Translations under genes and position numbers: made by a program
NCBI GenBank assembly: GCA_028534125.1
Contig: CM052816.1
Coordinates: forward strand, 59,522,001-59,586,000
Direction of reading: 5' to 3'
From: Lama glama
Lineage: Eukaryota
DNA length: 64,000 bases
The notes under the pieces: generated by a model
The model's database searches: none
Told to the model about the DNA's origin: nothing
What the model saw: only the letters and a program-made list of their open reading frames with translations
Shown here: piece after piece, positions 36,911 through 47,762 of the stretch
Layout of the letters: the number at the start of each line of letters is the position of its first letter
Position numbering within the stretch: position 1 is the first letter of the stretch

Positions 36911-39039
36911 TCCCTGGTTTCCAGGGAAGTTGTTTCAGAAGTTGATGCTTGAACTGGAATTTGAGGGGAGAATAATCCTTAAATGAGGGAGGAGGGGAGA
37001 GAGAGAAGAGGGTACAGGGCCTTCATGGAGTGAGAAAAAGCAGAGAAGTAGGAATATAAACGCCATTTTTGGGGGCAAAAAAGAGTATTTCAGTTGTCTG
37101 GTATATAAGCTGGTAGGGGGAAGCAGGTGAGGGCTGGATCAGACAAGACAAGCCCTCCCTGTGTCTCCCCCATCAAGGCCACTAGGCACATGAACTTCTC
37201 TTCACAGATCATGGCTGCAGTGGTGTATTATCACTGGAGATGTTCATTCGGAAGCCTTCCAACTCCAGCAGACACACAAGTCTTCGTATCTGCCTGGTCA
37301 TGAGAGCCCTGTGTCCTTCTCAACACCAGCCTCCTGGAGGGATTTAAGAACTTTTATCCTAGATCTGAGTTCCAAACTTCTGTAGTTCATTGCATGAGTG
37401 CTACTTTATCGTTGCTTCTTATAACATGCCAAGGCAAATAAAAACATGAGCTTCATTTGGCTGCCTGCTCCTCGCCACCGCCTTATGGGCTGTTGGGTGC
37501 CCACTGCATTTCTCCTACATCAACCTCCAGGCTGCTCAGCAAGGCAACTTTCTGAGTTGTTCTGATGTGAAGTCTGGTCAAAGCTGACTGAAGCCCAGAA
37601 GGCACTCAGCTTAAATTCCAGGCTGAGGAGTGGTAGCTGGAAAGGGGTTATTTATATATTCCTCAGCTTGGAATAGTAAAACATTTTAAAAGGTATGGTG
37701 TTTAATCATGTCTGAGCCTGAGAAATGTGGAGCTCCTGTGAGGAATTCAGCTTCGTGAGGATAAAAGTAAGAAACTGGGAGCTTCTCCTGTCCAGCTTTC
37801 CAAAATGTTCTTGAATCTCTTGGCCTCTTTGCCCCACTTTGTTTTCTTATAGTCTAATTTGGGTTATGAAATACTGCATTTAAGACTAAGGCTCACTGCA
37901 CCAAGATGTTGAGTATTCAACTTCTGATTTCTCTTACCATTTCAGGCAGGTCTCCCCAGTGTGTATTCCTTGCCAAGAGAATAAATGCAATTCAAAGTGA
38001 ATTGCTCAGTAGTATTTTGTACCAGCTAATTACCATTTTCAAATACTTTGGATTTCCTTTTCATTTATCATGGTCAGTCTTGAAGAGGTAAGTAGCTTTT
38101 TGGATTCTCGTATGAAGGGGATGAAGCCCACCAACAAAAGGTGCTGAATAGAAAGCTAGGCAAACTCTCTTTCCAGGAGACCAAGCCTACCATTTCTGTC
38201 ACATTCTTAGCCTCTCCTTACCCAGTGTCTGAGAATTTGAGACTTGAATCTGATCTTCTCAAATTGCAGTGCAATATATGGCAGTTACATCATCTGAAGA
38301 GCTTTCTAACAGGGAACAACTATTTTTAAACAATGACAATCTCTACCTTAAAAATACTATTATTTAGTATGCAAACTTTGGAATCAAATTTCAAGGCACT
38401 CTTGGTCCAGGTACCATGTCAAACAGGTTTAGTCTCAGACATGCAGGAATGGACAACTCACTCTGGAAGGTTACACTCTAGATGACAGGTATCCCCATTT
38501 GTGCTGGGTCTGACACCCAGAGTCAACGGAAGAAAAGATTAAGATCATTGTCATGGTCATAGTTTACACTGTTTCCCATTCCTTTCCCCCATACAGCCAA
38601 GTTTCTAACTCCCTGTAAGTGGAACATTGCCTCTATAGAAAATAAGGGAAAGCGGTATTGTCAATTATTCAGTTAATTTGCTTCTTACAGAAACAACTAT
38701 TTTTATTTCTGGACTGGTTGTAAATATTACTGAGTCCTCCCCAGATTTCCTCATGCTTTTTGGGGTATCATATTCAACTTTATTTTAGGTTCACAATTCT
38801 CAGCCAAACTTCCCTTGTGGGAAAAGAGAGACATGATATGGAGAAATCATACAGAAAGAATGATATTTAAGGCAAAGGAATAATTCTTTTGCTGTATTCA
38901 CCACTAGTTAAAGCAATTTCCATTTCTGGGGCCACTGCAGTTTATGGTAACATGAAACACAAACTTAAGTCAGGTCTTGGACAACTGAGCCTGTAAGACT
39001 ATGTCAGAGAAATTTTTAAAAATATATTAAATAGACTGT

Positions 39040-39240
39040 TTGGAATATTAGAAAGAGCTGAAGGATATTTAGAGATTTTTGAGTTCAACAGCCACCACTT
39101 ATTCCTACCACCGCCATTTTCCACATGAAGAAACAGAGACAGAGAGACAGTGAAGTCATCACGACTCCATGATCAAGTGGTGGTCGAGCTGGGACCACAG
39201 CCCAGGTCTCCTGACTTTCAATCCAATGCAGTTTCCACGA
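39040..39240 (-). mobile_element. MIR SINE remnant
   Basis: ccattttccacatgaagaaacagaga...gagctgggaccacagcccaggtctcctgactttcaatccaatgc. Confidence 0.75.
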
Positions 39241-39711
39241 AGGCAAAGGGGGTGATCTGATGACAGAGGGCTCTGGATGAACTGATCTATGTGACTATTC
39301 CTATCCTCTTAGCTATTGCCTTGTTTTCTGTAGAGCAGGAAACGTAGCTTTCCCTTCTGTCATCCTCCACTATGTGAACCATGTGCTACGAACTCCTGTT
39401 GAGTGTGTAGGTGCAAATTATTCTTGATAATTGTGGGAGACAAACAGATGAAACATTTTGTTCAAGATCAAGAATTCCTTGACTTATACCATCTAATGTG
39501 GGTGCAGAGTCCCTCCACTCTGCACTTGAAAAGAGAATAGAAAATCATCTCTTCTGGGTTAGCTGGACATTGACTCTCTGAAACAAATGCTGAGATACGA
39601 TGTCTTGAGATTCTCTCCAGATCCAGGAGGTTGCAAGTCTGGTCTACTTCTGGCTCACCCTTCGTTTCTCTCTAGACCTAAGGAAAGCTCTTAAATGAAC
39701 CCCTTAGACTC

Positions 39712-42231
39712 CGCTATCGACTGCACTGTGTTTCTTCCAAATTCATGCGGGGAAACCTTAACCTCCAATGTGACTGGAGATAGGGTCTTTAGGGAGGTAA
39801 TTAAGAGGAGTTTGGGATTAATATATATAAAATTGATAATCAACACGGGCCTACTGTATAGCACAGGAAACTATATTCAGTATCTTGTAATAACCTATAA
39901 TGGAAAACAATCTGAAAAAGAATATATATGTACATATATAACTGAATCTCTTTGAGGTACCCCGAAGCATTGTAAATCAACTACATTTTAATTTAAAAAG
40001 TGACAAAAAAGAGCAGGTAGTTAAGGTTAAATGAGGCCATAAGCATAAGGACTTAATCAGACATGACTGGTGTCCTTACAAGAAGAGGAAGAGACACCAA
40101 AGAGCATTCTCTTTCTGTGCACGCAGAGAGGCGAGACCGAGGGAGGACACAGTGAAAAGGCAGTGTCTACAGCTCAGAAAGAGAAGCCTTACCAGAAATC
40201 AAACCTGACAATACACTGACCTTGAACGTAGAGCCTGCAGAATTGTGAGAAAATTAATTTCTGTTGTTTAAGCCACCTCATCTGTGGTGTTTTGTAAATG
40301 TTCCCAGCAAAGTAATACAGATTTTGGTACAGTGAAATGAGGTGCTGCTGTAACAAATGACTGAAAGTGCGGAGTGGCTTTGGGACTGGGTAGTAAGCAG
40401 AGGCTGGAAGAGTTCTGAGGTGCTCCTTAGAAGAAGCCGAGATTGTTGTGAACAGGCTGTTGGTAGAAACATGGAGGCCAGTGATTCTGGGGAGGGCTCA
40501 GGAAAGAAGAGAGCTGGACAGAAAGCTTCCGTCATCTGTCTTACAGAGACACATACATCATCATAAACAGAATGTTGGTGGAAATAGGAGCATTAAAGGT
40601 GGTGCTGGTGACGGCTCAGTGGAAGTGAGGAATATGTTACTGGCCGCTGGAGGAAAGGCAATGCTTGTTATAAAGTAGCAGAGAATTTGGCCGAAGTGTG
40701 TTCTTGTGGAACCTGTGGAAGGGAGGACTTGACAGCGGTGAAACTGGGTATTTAGCTGAGGAGGCCTCTAAGCAAAGTTTTGAAGGTATGGCCTGGTTTC
40801 TCTCCACTGCTTGTGGTAAAATGAGAGCGAAGAGAGAGAAACCGAGGAGGCTGCCAAGCAAAAAGTAACCAGAACCTGAAGATTTGGAACATTTTCAGCC
40901 TACCCACCTTGCAAAAAAAAACGAGAAAGCAAAAGTGTTCTGGAGAGAGCTCTGGAGGTTTGGCTGGACAACCACGCTATCAAGAGATGGCCATGATCTT
41001 AATCAGCTACCTCAGCAGAAGCCTGGACCAGAGATGTGATTATACCAGCGGAGGCACTGCCAGTGTGAACCAAAGGAGACTGAGACAGGATGCAATAAGG
41101 GAAAGCTTTCAGGCTTCTGGGATTCTACAGGACAGGGCAACAGAGCTATCTACCTGCACACCTCTTTATCCTTCAACAAAAGGTTAGAATGACCCTGAAG
41201 GCAGTTCAGAAATGGGCAGGGCTGTCACTCCTACCACAGACAGAGAGTTTACACTTGGAGGTAGGGGGTGGCTATCTCCTTGTTGGTTTCAGAGGGTGGA
41301 GCTACCTACTCCCTTTCAGCAGAGCCAGGCTAGCCCCTCCCAGTGACACAGGGCTGGGGCATCACAAAGACCTGTGGGGGTAGGGGCTGCCATCTAGGGC
41401 TGTGGAGTTGCTGCTGCCGCCCCAGTGGTCCCACAAGGCACAGCATTAAGCCAAAGAGGATTATTCTCATGCTTTAAGATCTAAGGAAATCTAAAAAATA
41501 AAATAAAATAAAATAAAAGAGAGAGAGAGCGCTAATGGAATTTGCCTTGCTAAATTTATGTACTTGCTTGAGACCTGCCACCCCTTTCTTCTGATTTTTC
41601 CCTTTTGGAATGAGAATGATTTATCTTATGCCTGTCCATTGTATTTTGGAAGCAAATAACTTGACTGTTTTCACAGGTTCACAACTGGAGAGGAATTCCG
41701 CCTGAGGATGAATTGTACCTTGAGTCTCACTTATACCTCATTTAGATGACGCTGAGTGGGACTTTCAACTTGGATTGATGCTGAAATGGGTTAAGACTTT
41801 TGGAGCTGCTGGGATGAAGTAAATGCATTTTGTATATGAGAAGAACTCAGATTTCGGAGGGCTAGAGGGACAAGTGTTACAGACTGAACTGTATCTCCCA
41901 ACTTCATATGTGGAAGCCCTTTGGAGATAAGGCCTTTACGGAGGTATAAAGGGTGAGTGAAATCCTAAGTGGGGGCCTTAATCCAAGAGGACTTGATCCT
42001 TATGGGACACTGGAGAGTTCTCTCTCCACTCACACGGAGGGAAGGCCATGAGAGGACACAGGGAGAAGGTGGTCATCTGCAAGGGAGGAAGGGAGGTCTC
42101 ACTGGAAACCAACCCTGGTGGCACTCTGATCTTGGACTTCAGGCCTCCAGAAGTGTGAGAGAATACATTTCTGTTGTTTTAGCTACCCAGTCTGTGGCAT
42201 TTTGTTACGGCAACGTGAGCACACTAACACA
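39712..42231 (+). mobile_element. Complete MaLR element: MLT1(A/B) 5' LTR (39712-40319), MLT1-int (40320-41874), 3' LTR (41875-42231)
   Basis: Both LTRs carry MLT1 hallmarks (aattcat.., ggagatagggtcttt/ggagataaggccttt, ttctgttgttt..gcca/gcta). The internal part starts gattttggtac...ggtgctgctgtaacaaat...gtggctttgggactgggtagtaagcagaggctggaagag. A polypurine tract ggagggctagagggacaag precedes the 3' LTR. Confidence 0.9.
39806..40014 (+). mobile_element. L1 3' UTR fragment nested in the 5' MLT1 LTR
   Basis: cctactgtatagcacaggaaactatattcagtatcttgtaataacctataatgg...actgaatc; TSD aggtaattaag (39795-39805) / aggtagttaag (40015-40025). Confidence 0.9.
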
Positions 42232-42951
42232 GGCCCATTCTGACTTTTGCCTCCTTCCCATGTTCACTGCTGTCCTCTATTCTTGAGGTTGCTAACCCTC
42301 TCTTCTCTATTTCCAAGTCACATTCTATATATTCCCTTTTAGGGGTCAAAATCTGCATAAATTTGTTTGATTGTTCCCAAACATCAGTGACTGTGTATAA
42401 TTTATTTCTTGCCCTTGTGACTCATTTTTTAAATTATGTTATATGTTGTCAGCAACGTGTACCTTACATAAAAAAAATTTACATATAGTAAAATTGGCTT
42501 TGTACATCAGATTTAAAAAATAAAGGGCTCCAAATACACTGAAAGGAATGCAACAAACAAATGAGCAAGAATTTAAGAATTCATACCAACTACAACTTTG
42601 GATAGTTATATAGCATTTTCATAAGTTCACAATTCTCATTGTCTTTAATATGCAAGATACACAAAACAAAAATAATATAGACAAGTTGGACAAAATAGTG
42701 ACGTTAATCACTGAAAACTTTAAATTAAATTAAATGTCATTATTTTGAAGCTTACAGAGAATCAAATAGGAGCTAAAATGTTTTAAGTCAGAGGGACTGA
42801 TCAGACTTGCTTTTTAAACTGAAGAGATACGAATTATTTATAATTGGAATTTTTGGACACATATATATTGAAGTAAAGCACTCCACAACAATTTGTTGCC
42901 AGAGGTAGGATATTAATAATCCAGCTTTCATGTAGTTTATGGTTTAGTAGG

Positions 42952-43341
42952 TGTATTTGCTAGGGTTGCCATAACAAAACACTACAGAATGGCTGGCTTA
43001 AACAACAAAAAGTCATCTGCTCCCACTCTGGGAGCTAGAAGCCTGAGGTCAAGGTGTTGGTAGGGACGGCTGCTTCTGAGGCCATTCTCCTTGGTCTGTA
43101 GACCATCAGCTCTCCCTGTGTCTTTACGTGGTTTCCCCATTGTCTGTGTCTGTGTTACAATCTCTTCTTATAAGAACACCAGTCATATCGGATTAGGGCC
43201 CATTTACATGACTTCACTTTACTGTAATTGCCTCTTTAAATGCCCTATCTCCAAATACAGTCACATTTTGAGGTCCTGGGGGTTTGGACTTCTACCCATG
43301 AGTTTTGGTGGGGAAGAGGAGACACAATTCAGCCCGTAACA
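42952..43341 (-). mobile_element. MLT1B solo LTR (MaLR)
   Basis: tgtatttgctagggttgccataacaaa...cttataagaacaccagtcatatcggattagggccc...cacaattcagcccgtaaca; perfect 5-bp TSD GTAGG at 42947-42951 and 43342-43346. Confidence 0.93.
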
Positions 43342-43959
43342 GTAGGGATTTCTTCATCAATATATCTCACCACGAAAATCACTCTCTGAACTGAGTTAGA
43401 ATTTGTGAGTTAGAAGTTCCTCTATCCATAAGAAGCAGAAAATCTAAGATTCAAACCTGGTCTGAGGACTCTAAATCCTGTCTATTACCACACTTCTAAA
43501 TTTTAATTTATATTACTGTATAATAATAATATGTTATATAATAATATAATAAATTATATTATTAGTTGGTTAAACATGTCCTATTTTGCTAGAATATGCA
43601 AGGGTAAACTATGGTTTAGCCCAGTGATCAAAAATTCCAAAGGAATTGTGCTGTAATTTTGGGGGCAGTTGAGTACATGCATTTGGTTTTCCATCTTGTA
43701 CAAACATGATGCAGAGAGTGAAATGATGCTTGAGAATCCATGCTCTTTTGTGTCACTAGGGTCACATTTAGTTCACTGCTTCCTGAAAAGGTAAAGCAAG
43801 TAAGTTCTTAATTTGCTTTCAAGGAGGTCCTTAAGCACAGGGAAGAAGAGAACCAAGCTTTTTTCTCTGGATCAGCTCTGGGATGGAATCAGTGAGGTAT
43901 TTTGATGAACTGCAATAATAGAGCTTCCAAAAGAGATAAAATGTGTGTAATGGAGAAAT

Positions 43960-44345
43960 TGTACATACACACATGTACACACACATATATATTATATATG
44001 TATATATGCACATATATTACATATATGTATGTGTATATATTACATACATATTTGTATATATGTGTATACATAAATATGATAATATATGTATATATAAATA
44101 TGTATGTATTATATAAATTGTTATATATATACACACAAATATTAATTATAATATACCCATATTATTTATATTTTAATTTTTATGTAATAATATTAAGATA
44201 TTATATATATAATATTAATATAAACATAAGTTGGGGGCTGAGATGGTGCCTGGAGAACACACATATATACCAAACACACACACAAATAAATACATAATTT
44301 ATGTACAGTATATATAATATTATATATATATATATGTCTGTGTAT
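43960..44345. repeat. AT-rich low-complexity / degenerate (TA)n-(CA)n satellite
   Basis: About 380 bp dominated by TA, CATA and TATG units, with one embedded GC-rich island at 44230-44253. Confidence 0.9.
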
Positions 44346-44638
44346 CCGCCAGGCACCATCTCAGCCCCCAACATATATTTAAACAGTTTTAATTAATGCT
44401 TTACTCTGTTCTCTTAGGCATTTTGAAGAGAGGAACTTATGCTATATGCACACACATACCCCATTCTCAGTATTACAAAAACTACCTACTTTCTAGCAAT
44501 AACTACATATAATAATAACTAGAGTGAAAAATATTTTTGCAACACTCCTAACCTGGAGGTGGGCTTTACACATGTGGGAAATTAAAGATGATTCTCCAAC
44601 AAGTTGAAAATTGCCCATGAAGACTCTCTCTGCACTCA

Positions 44639-44669
44639 GGATTTGTAAGACATGGGATTTGTAAGACAT
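44639..44669. repeat. 15-bp direct duplication, 16-bp period
   Basis: ggatttgtaagacat g ggatttgtaagacat. Confidence 0.9.
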
Positions 44670-45551
44670 TTGTTATCTTCTATGGGAAACATCAGGTTGG
44701 ACATTGCCATTTCCCATTGTTTTTGCAGATGATGTCCACAGGGAAAGCCAAGTATGGAATAACCTGTGCAAATATTAATGGTAAGACTGAGTACAGCACA
44801 ATGCAGATACCGGGTATAAGGAAGGTATGGCCACAATGTAACTTTCTAAACAAGTGTTTCCATCCTCATCACACCCCCTGCCAAAGGTCAGGCTGCATGA
44901 TGTTGCCAGCAATAACACACTGCATCCCGTGGCTTTCATGCTGGGTCCTATTTCCTTCCTGTGACGTACAACAGTCTACTTATGATTACATATGGAAGAA
45001 TTAGCAAAAAACCTTTCATCTGTATTTTTTTAGCCCTTGACGCACCTCCCTAGAATGCATATATTTCTGATTAAAAACAGATAAAAGGAATACACTGCTG
45101 TTTCATCTTGTTGATGCACATTTTAGACTGGAGTGTCGTTGCTTTTTGACCCTCCCTCCCTCCCAGACAGAACTACAGAAGAATGCTCTTGCCTCAGTTA
45201 GCAGTTAGCAGAGTTCTTCTTCAAGAGTGGCTGGGCTACCTCCTTTAGAATGACCTAATCCTATACAGCTGTCTTTATCGATGTGGGTGCATTATGACAG
45301 ATAATGGGCATTCATTAGTGTAGCTGGGTATAGAACAATTTCATGGGAAAACAGAGGTAGAAAAAAAGGTGATTTCTTCACAGAGTCGGGATCGAAATCA
45401 TTAGACTACTCTTGCCAGATTAGCTAAAGGTTATACCCTGATACTTCTTCCCTGAATCTCCTTTTGTAATGCCTCATGGCCCCTGTCTGTCCATTGGTAT
45501 TGGCCATGATGAATATCATGAAAAACAAAGCTAATGGACTGAACCAAACTA

Positions 45552-46051
45552 NNNNNNNNNNNNNNNNNNNNNNNNNNNNNNNNNNNNNNNNNNNNNNNNN
45601 NNNNNNNNNNNNNNNNNNNNNNNNNNNNNNNNNNNNNNNNNNNNNNNNNNNNNNNNNNNNNNNNNNNNNNNNNNNNNNNNNNNNNNNNNNNNNNNNNNNN
45701 NNNNNNNNNNNNNNNNNNNNNNNNNNNNNNNNNNNNNNNNNNNNNNNNNNNNNNNNNNNNNNNNNNNNNNNNNNNNNNNNNNNNNNNNNNNNNNNNNNNN
45801 NNNNNNNNNNNNNNNNNNNNNNNNNNNNNNNNNNNNNNNNNNNNNNNNNNNNNNNNNNNNNNNNNNNNNNNNNNNNNNNNNNNNNNNNNNNNNNNNNNNN
45901 NNNNNNNNNNNNNNNNNNNNNNNNNNNNNNNNNNNNNNNNNNNNNNNNNNNNNNNNNNNNNNNNNNNNNNNNNNNNNNNNNNNNNNNNNNNNNNNNNNNN
46001 NNNNNNNNNNNNNNNNNNNNNNNNNNNNNNNNNNNNNNNNNNNNNNNNNNN
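45552..46051. other. Assembly gap (500 N)
   Basis: N run. Confidence 1.
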
Positions 46052-46211
46052 AATAAATAATCATTGATTTTTTTTGGATTCATGTGCTGCCCCTTTGGGG
46101 ATAAACAGCAGCTTTAAAAATTTGTTTTGAATTAAAGATTCTTTAAATTCTATAGTGCTTTCCAATTTGCAAAAGTCTCACACACGATTTCATATAATCC
46201 CATAGTAACCC

Positions 46212-46293
46212 TTTCTTTCCCCCTACCCCTATAGTGCGTCTCCCTCCTTCCCTCTCCCCACTGGTAGCCACTAGTTTCTATATATCTGTGAGT
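46212..46293 (-). mobile_element. Small L1 3' UTR fragment
   Basis: ccctctccccactggtagccactagtttctatatatctgtgagt is the reverse complement of L1 3' UTR (compare actcacaga...gtggttaccagggg at 18626-18665). Confidence 0.6.
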
Positions 46294-47545
46294 AACAGTA
46301 GCTGTTCTTATGCATCTTCAGGATGTAAGAGGAAACACATACAAAAATATAAACTAAATGAAACAAAACAAGTGAAAGGACTTAGTACAGTGCTTGGCAT
46401 GCAGGAATGCTCAGTGCTGACTCTTTTCCCCTATTACATTATATAATTACATATAAATTTAACTTATTTAAGATTTTATTAAACAAATTCTTATAAAATG
46501 CAGAGATGTAATTTTATATTTAAAGTATATTATAATTTATAAATTATAAGATAACCTAAATTTATTTTGACTAAATCACATCTCAAAATAGAACTAAAAA
46601 TTAAGGGAAAACTGTTTTATTGAAGTTACTCAATCAGCGACTGTTTCTTGGACAGTACAGCTACATGCCAACCACGTGCTAAGTGCTGGAGGTACTTTGA
46701 GGGGCAGGATTTGGTGGCTCCTGCCTTCAGGGAGCTTACAATCGAGCGGACCTCACAGGACCTGAGTCCTCCATCCACACATTCTCAGGAACCAAGGAGC
46801 TTCCCAGTAAAATTGTAAGCACATGCTTCTAGATTCAAGTTAACTGTTACTTCACTCTTACTTTTTTTTTTTCAAATCCAGAAGGAAGTCACTATTTCTA
46901 TAAAATGGTGGATGCCAAGGACAGGCATGGCCTGTAATTTTAGATCTTATTGAAGAATGACTCTTAAGGCACATTCCACACACCATCCTTCAGGGGTGGA
47001 TTATTCAAACTCAGCCTGATCCAGCATGCCCACAAGAAAGGAAAGGTGCAATTCCTCTGACTCCTTGGTCCCAGTCTACTCAAAGGTCATGTGGGGAGGA
47101 GGCTGCACAACTGGAGTCACATGGGGATGGGGATTTGGAACACTGAACTACAAGGACGATGTGCATGTTGGGAATTTGACTGTGAATTCCAGTTAGCCCT
47201 ATTTAGATAAGCAGGCGCCGACTATCCCAGGAGATTGTCTTGAGGGCTTAACTAACTTACAGCTGTTGGAATATTAGAGAAATTCCCAAAAGACACGAAA
47301 TGGACATTGGGAGCCAAGTGTAATTTTGGGGGTCTGCCTTTCTCACTTATAGGCCCTGGGGACTGGCTTTCAATGTACTGAGCTTTTACACAATCACTTT
47401 TCAGTGCCTTGGTAAAATATGTCCCATGTGAAATGAGATTTGTATCTGTTTCAATGTTAATATCATAGGTACTTATGTATGAATTTAATGACATAGCAAC
47501 AACAACAAAAAAACAACTTCAAGACATTTGGGAGCTTTGGTTAGC

Positions 47546-47762
47546 TAGTGGTTTGATTTTGTCCCCACTCTTTCACCCCCAGGGGCATTTGGTCATGACT
47601 GGAGACATTTTTGGTTGTCACAACCAAGGCGACCGTGCTTCTGGCTTCTAATAAGTAGAGGCCAGGATTCTAGTAAACATCCTATAAAAATTCACAAGAA
47701 AACCCCCTCAATACAGAGGCATCAGGCCCAAATGTCAATTATGTGGAGGTTGAGAAACCCTG
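47546..47762 (+). mobile_element. MER20 (hAT-Charlie MITE)
   Basis: ggggcatttggtcatgactggagacatttttggttgtcacaac...gtagaggccaggat...ggcccaaatgtcaattatgtggaggttgagaaaccctg. Confidence 0.9.

Noticed and set aside
43902..44297. 131-aa Tyr/Ile-rich ORF
   Set aside because: Translation of the (TA)n-rich satellite.
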